Shown in pieces: positions 63,274-64,000 of a stretch of DNA of 64,000 nucleotides. The notes beneath the pieces are model-generated. The model saw only the letters and a list, made by a program, of their open reading frames with translations. It was not told the origin of the DNA and made no database searches. How positions within the stretch are numbered: position 1 is the first letter of the stretch; each line of letters opens with the position of its first letter. The position numbers and the translations under genes are program-made. Source of the DNA: an uncultured Planctomycetales bacterium (GTDB taxonomy: Bacteria; Omnitrophota; Gorgyraeia; Gygaellales; Profunditerraquicolaceae); contig CAZOGI010000008.1 in assembly GCA_964579435.1 (NCBI GenBank), forward strand, positions 2,096-66,095. The letters run 5' to 3'.

Positions 63274-63420
63274 TTGACACATGACACCAGTAAAAGCAAA
63301 AAAAGACTACAGATCTTTCGTAACGTTGCGTTAAAAGACGTATCCGAGCCGCCGCTGGAAGAATTACTCTTGTATCATGTGCCTTGTGTCTGGTGTCTTG
63401 TGCCCTGTGTCTTATAACAC
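63274..63420. repeat. Inverted pair of CA-rich heptamer repeats flanking a ~90-bp spacer
   Basis: Forward copy TTGACACATGACACCAG at 63274-90. The reverse copy at 63375-63420 has reverse complement GTGTTATAAGACACAGGGCACAAGACACCAGACACAAGGCACATGA. Confidence 0.45.
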
Positions 63421-63421
63421 T

Positions 63422-64000
63422 ATGCCCCTCAACTCACTCCTGGAAGCCAATAAACTCGACGCGCTGCTGCTGACCTCCTCAGCCAACGTCTCTTACCTGA
63501 CCGGGACGCAAAGCCGCGATTCGTTCCTTCTGGAGACCGCCTCGCGGACCTACTACCTGACCGATTCCCGCTATACCGCAGAGGCCCGAAAGACCCTGAA
63601 AGCTTCGATCACGGTCAAACAGGTCAAAGCCGACCACTGGAAAACCGTATTCGGGCTCTGCGCGCGCTTAAAAGTGAAGCGATTGGGCTTCGAAGAAAGC
63701 GCGCTCTCCTATGCGGGCTTCCGCAGGCTCCGCCAAACCCTCGGGAAAGATATCCGGCTCATCCCCACTTCCGGCCTGGTCGAACGCCTGCGCCGCATAA
63801 AAACCCCCCCGGAAATCGCCAAAATACGCACGGCCACCGAGATCGCGGTAAAAGCCTACCGGTATATCCGGCCGCGGCTGGACCCCGGCAAAAGCGAAAG
63901 AGAGATTGAAGGAGAGCTCCAACTCTTTATGAGAAAAGAGGGTGCGACCCCTGCCTTCGACATAATCGTCGCCTCCGGGCCAAACGGCAGCTACCCCCAT
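63422..64000 (+). CDS. pepP: Xaa-Pro aminopeptidase / M24 family peptidase, N-terminal part (continues past window end)
   Basis: Hand-translated N-terminal creatinase/prolidase domain (LDALLLTSSANVSYLTG...RLRRIKTPPEIAKIRTA...ASGPNGSYPH). Absent from the ORF track because it is open at the 3' end. Confidence 0.7.
   Translation, partial: MPLNSLLEANKLDALLLTSSANVSYLTGTQSRDSFLLETASRTYYLTDSRYTAEARKTLKASITVKQVKADHWKTVFGLCARLKVKRLGFEESALSYAGFRRLRQTLGKDIRLIPTSGLVERLRRIKTPPEIAKIRTATEIAVKAYRYIRPRLDPGKSEREIEGELQLFMRKEGATPAFDIIVASGPNGSYPH

Noticed and set aside
25864-63420. Possibility that the CA-rich heptamer arrays are a CRISPR array or a minisatellite VNTR.
   Set aside because: The units are 7 nt, contiguous and without spacers, the arrays are under 60 bp and dispersed, and no cas genes are present. 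They are better described as a dispersed short tandem-repeat element family.
44-64000. tRNA, rRNA and other structured ncRNA genes in intergenic gaps.
   Set aside because: Intergenic gaps over 80 nt were inspected (10953-11044, 16467-16575, 25864-26081, 28748-28927, 34939-35111, 38598-38680, 39899-40074, 51820-51952, 57824-58113, 60147-60268, 63270-63421). None shows the tRNA cloverleaf hallmarks of a GTTC-type T-loop with acceptor-stem complementarity. They are explained by promoters, repeats or hairpins.

Overview
This is a high-GC (~65%) bacterial chromosomal segment, densely packed on the + strand, with one convincing minus-strand gene, a GGDEF cyclase. I found no rRNA, tRNA, CRISPR array, integrase or transposase. 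All product calls come from reading the translated ORFs, so they are motif-level and family-level inferences, not database hits.

From 5' to 3':
1. A large glycan-biosynthesis locus (EPS or LPS-like), 798-16466. It encodes GT1 (x3), GT9 (x2), a methyltransferase, a DegT aminotransferase, a radical SAM/SPASM enzyme, WbqC-like and PIG-L deacetylase proteins, a WecA-like GT4, an ExeA-like PEP-CTERM-type ATPase, an HD-GYP protein and a Wza-like exporter.
2. The conserved pgk-tpiA-secG glycolytic block, followed by an oppABCDF-type peptide ABC transporter.
3. A six-gene pseudopilin (prepilin-type) cluster split into two sub-operons. Each sub-operon is preceded by the same 9-bp inverted repeat and an extended -10 element.
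4. marC, glgC and a GNAT gene, then an acyl-CoA dehydrogenase with etfB and a ferredoxin-domain etfA, followed by a PilZ protein.
5. An AT-rich island with a small excisionase-type HTH gene, immediately upstream of an SMC homolog whose hinge looks unusually short.
6. A GGDEF diguanylate cyclase (minus strand), alpha-glucan phosphorylase, and a glycerol/lipid cluster. That cluster holds a GT2, an alpha/beta hydrolase, glpK, a second GT2, an SGNH hydrolase, and a three-gene anaerobic G3P-dehydrogenase-like set.
7. A STAS / HD-GYP / RsbW-like kinase / STAS partner-switching module fused to an mlaEFD operon.
8. A truncated KdpD-like kinase with KdpE, sitting next to trkH instead of kdpFABC.
9. rpsU (absent from the ORF track because it is under 60 aa), a Memo-like protein, DUF1844, a Trm112-like protein, aroQ and the start of pepP.

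Three non-coding observations stand out. Seven intergenic loci carry tandem CA-rich heptamers (unit ACAAGAC and variants), in both orientations and sometimes as inverted pairs. Several genes sit directly behind consensus TTGACA-17-TATAAT-like promoters with the ATG at the predicted +1, i.e. leaderless. A canonical intrinsic terminator hairpin lies inside the predicted signal-peptide coding region of the oppA-like gene.
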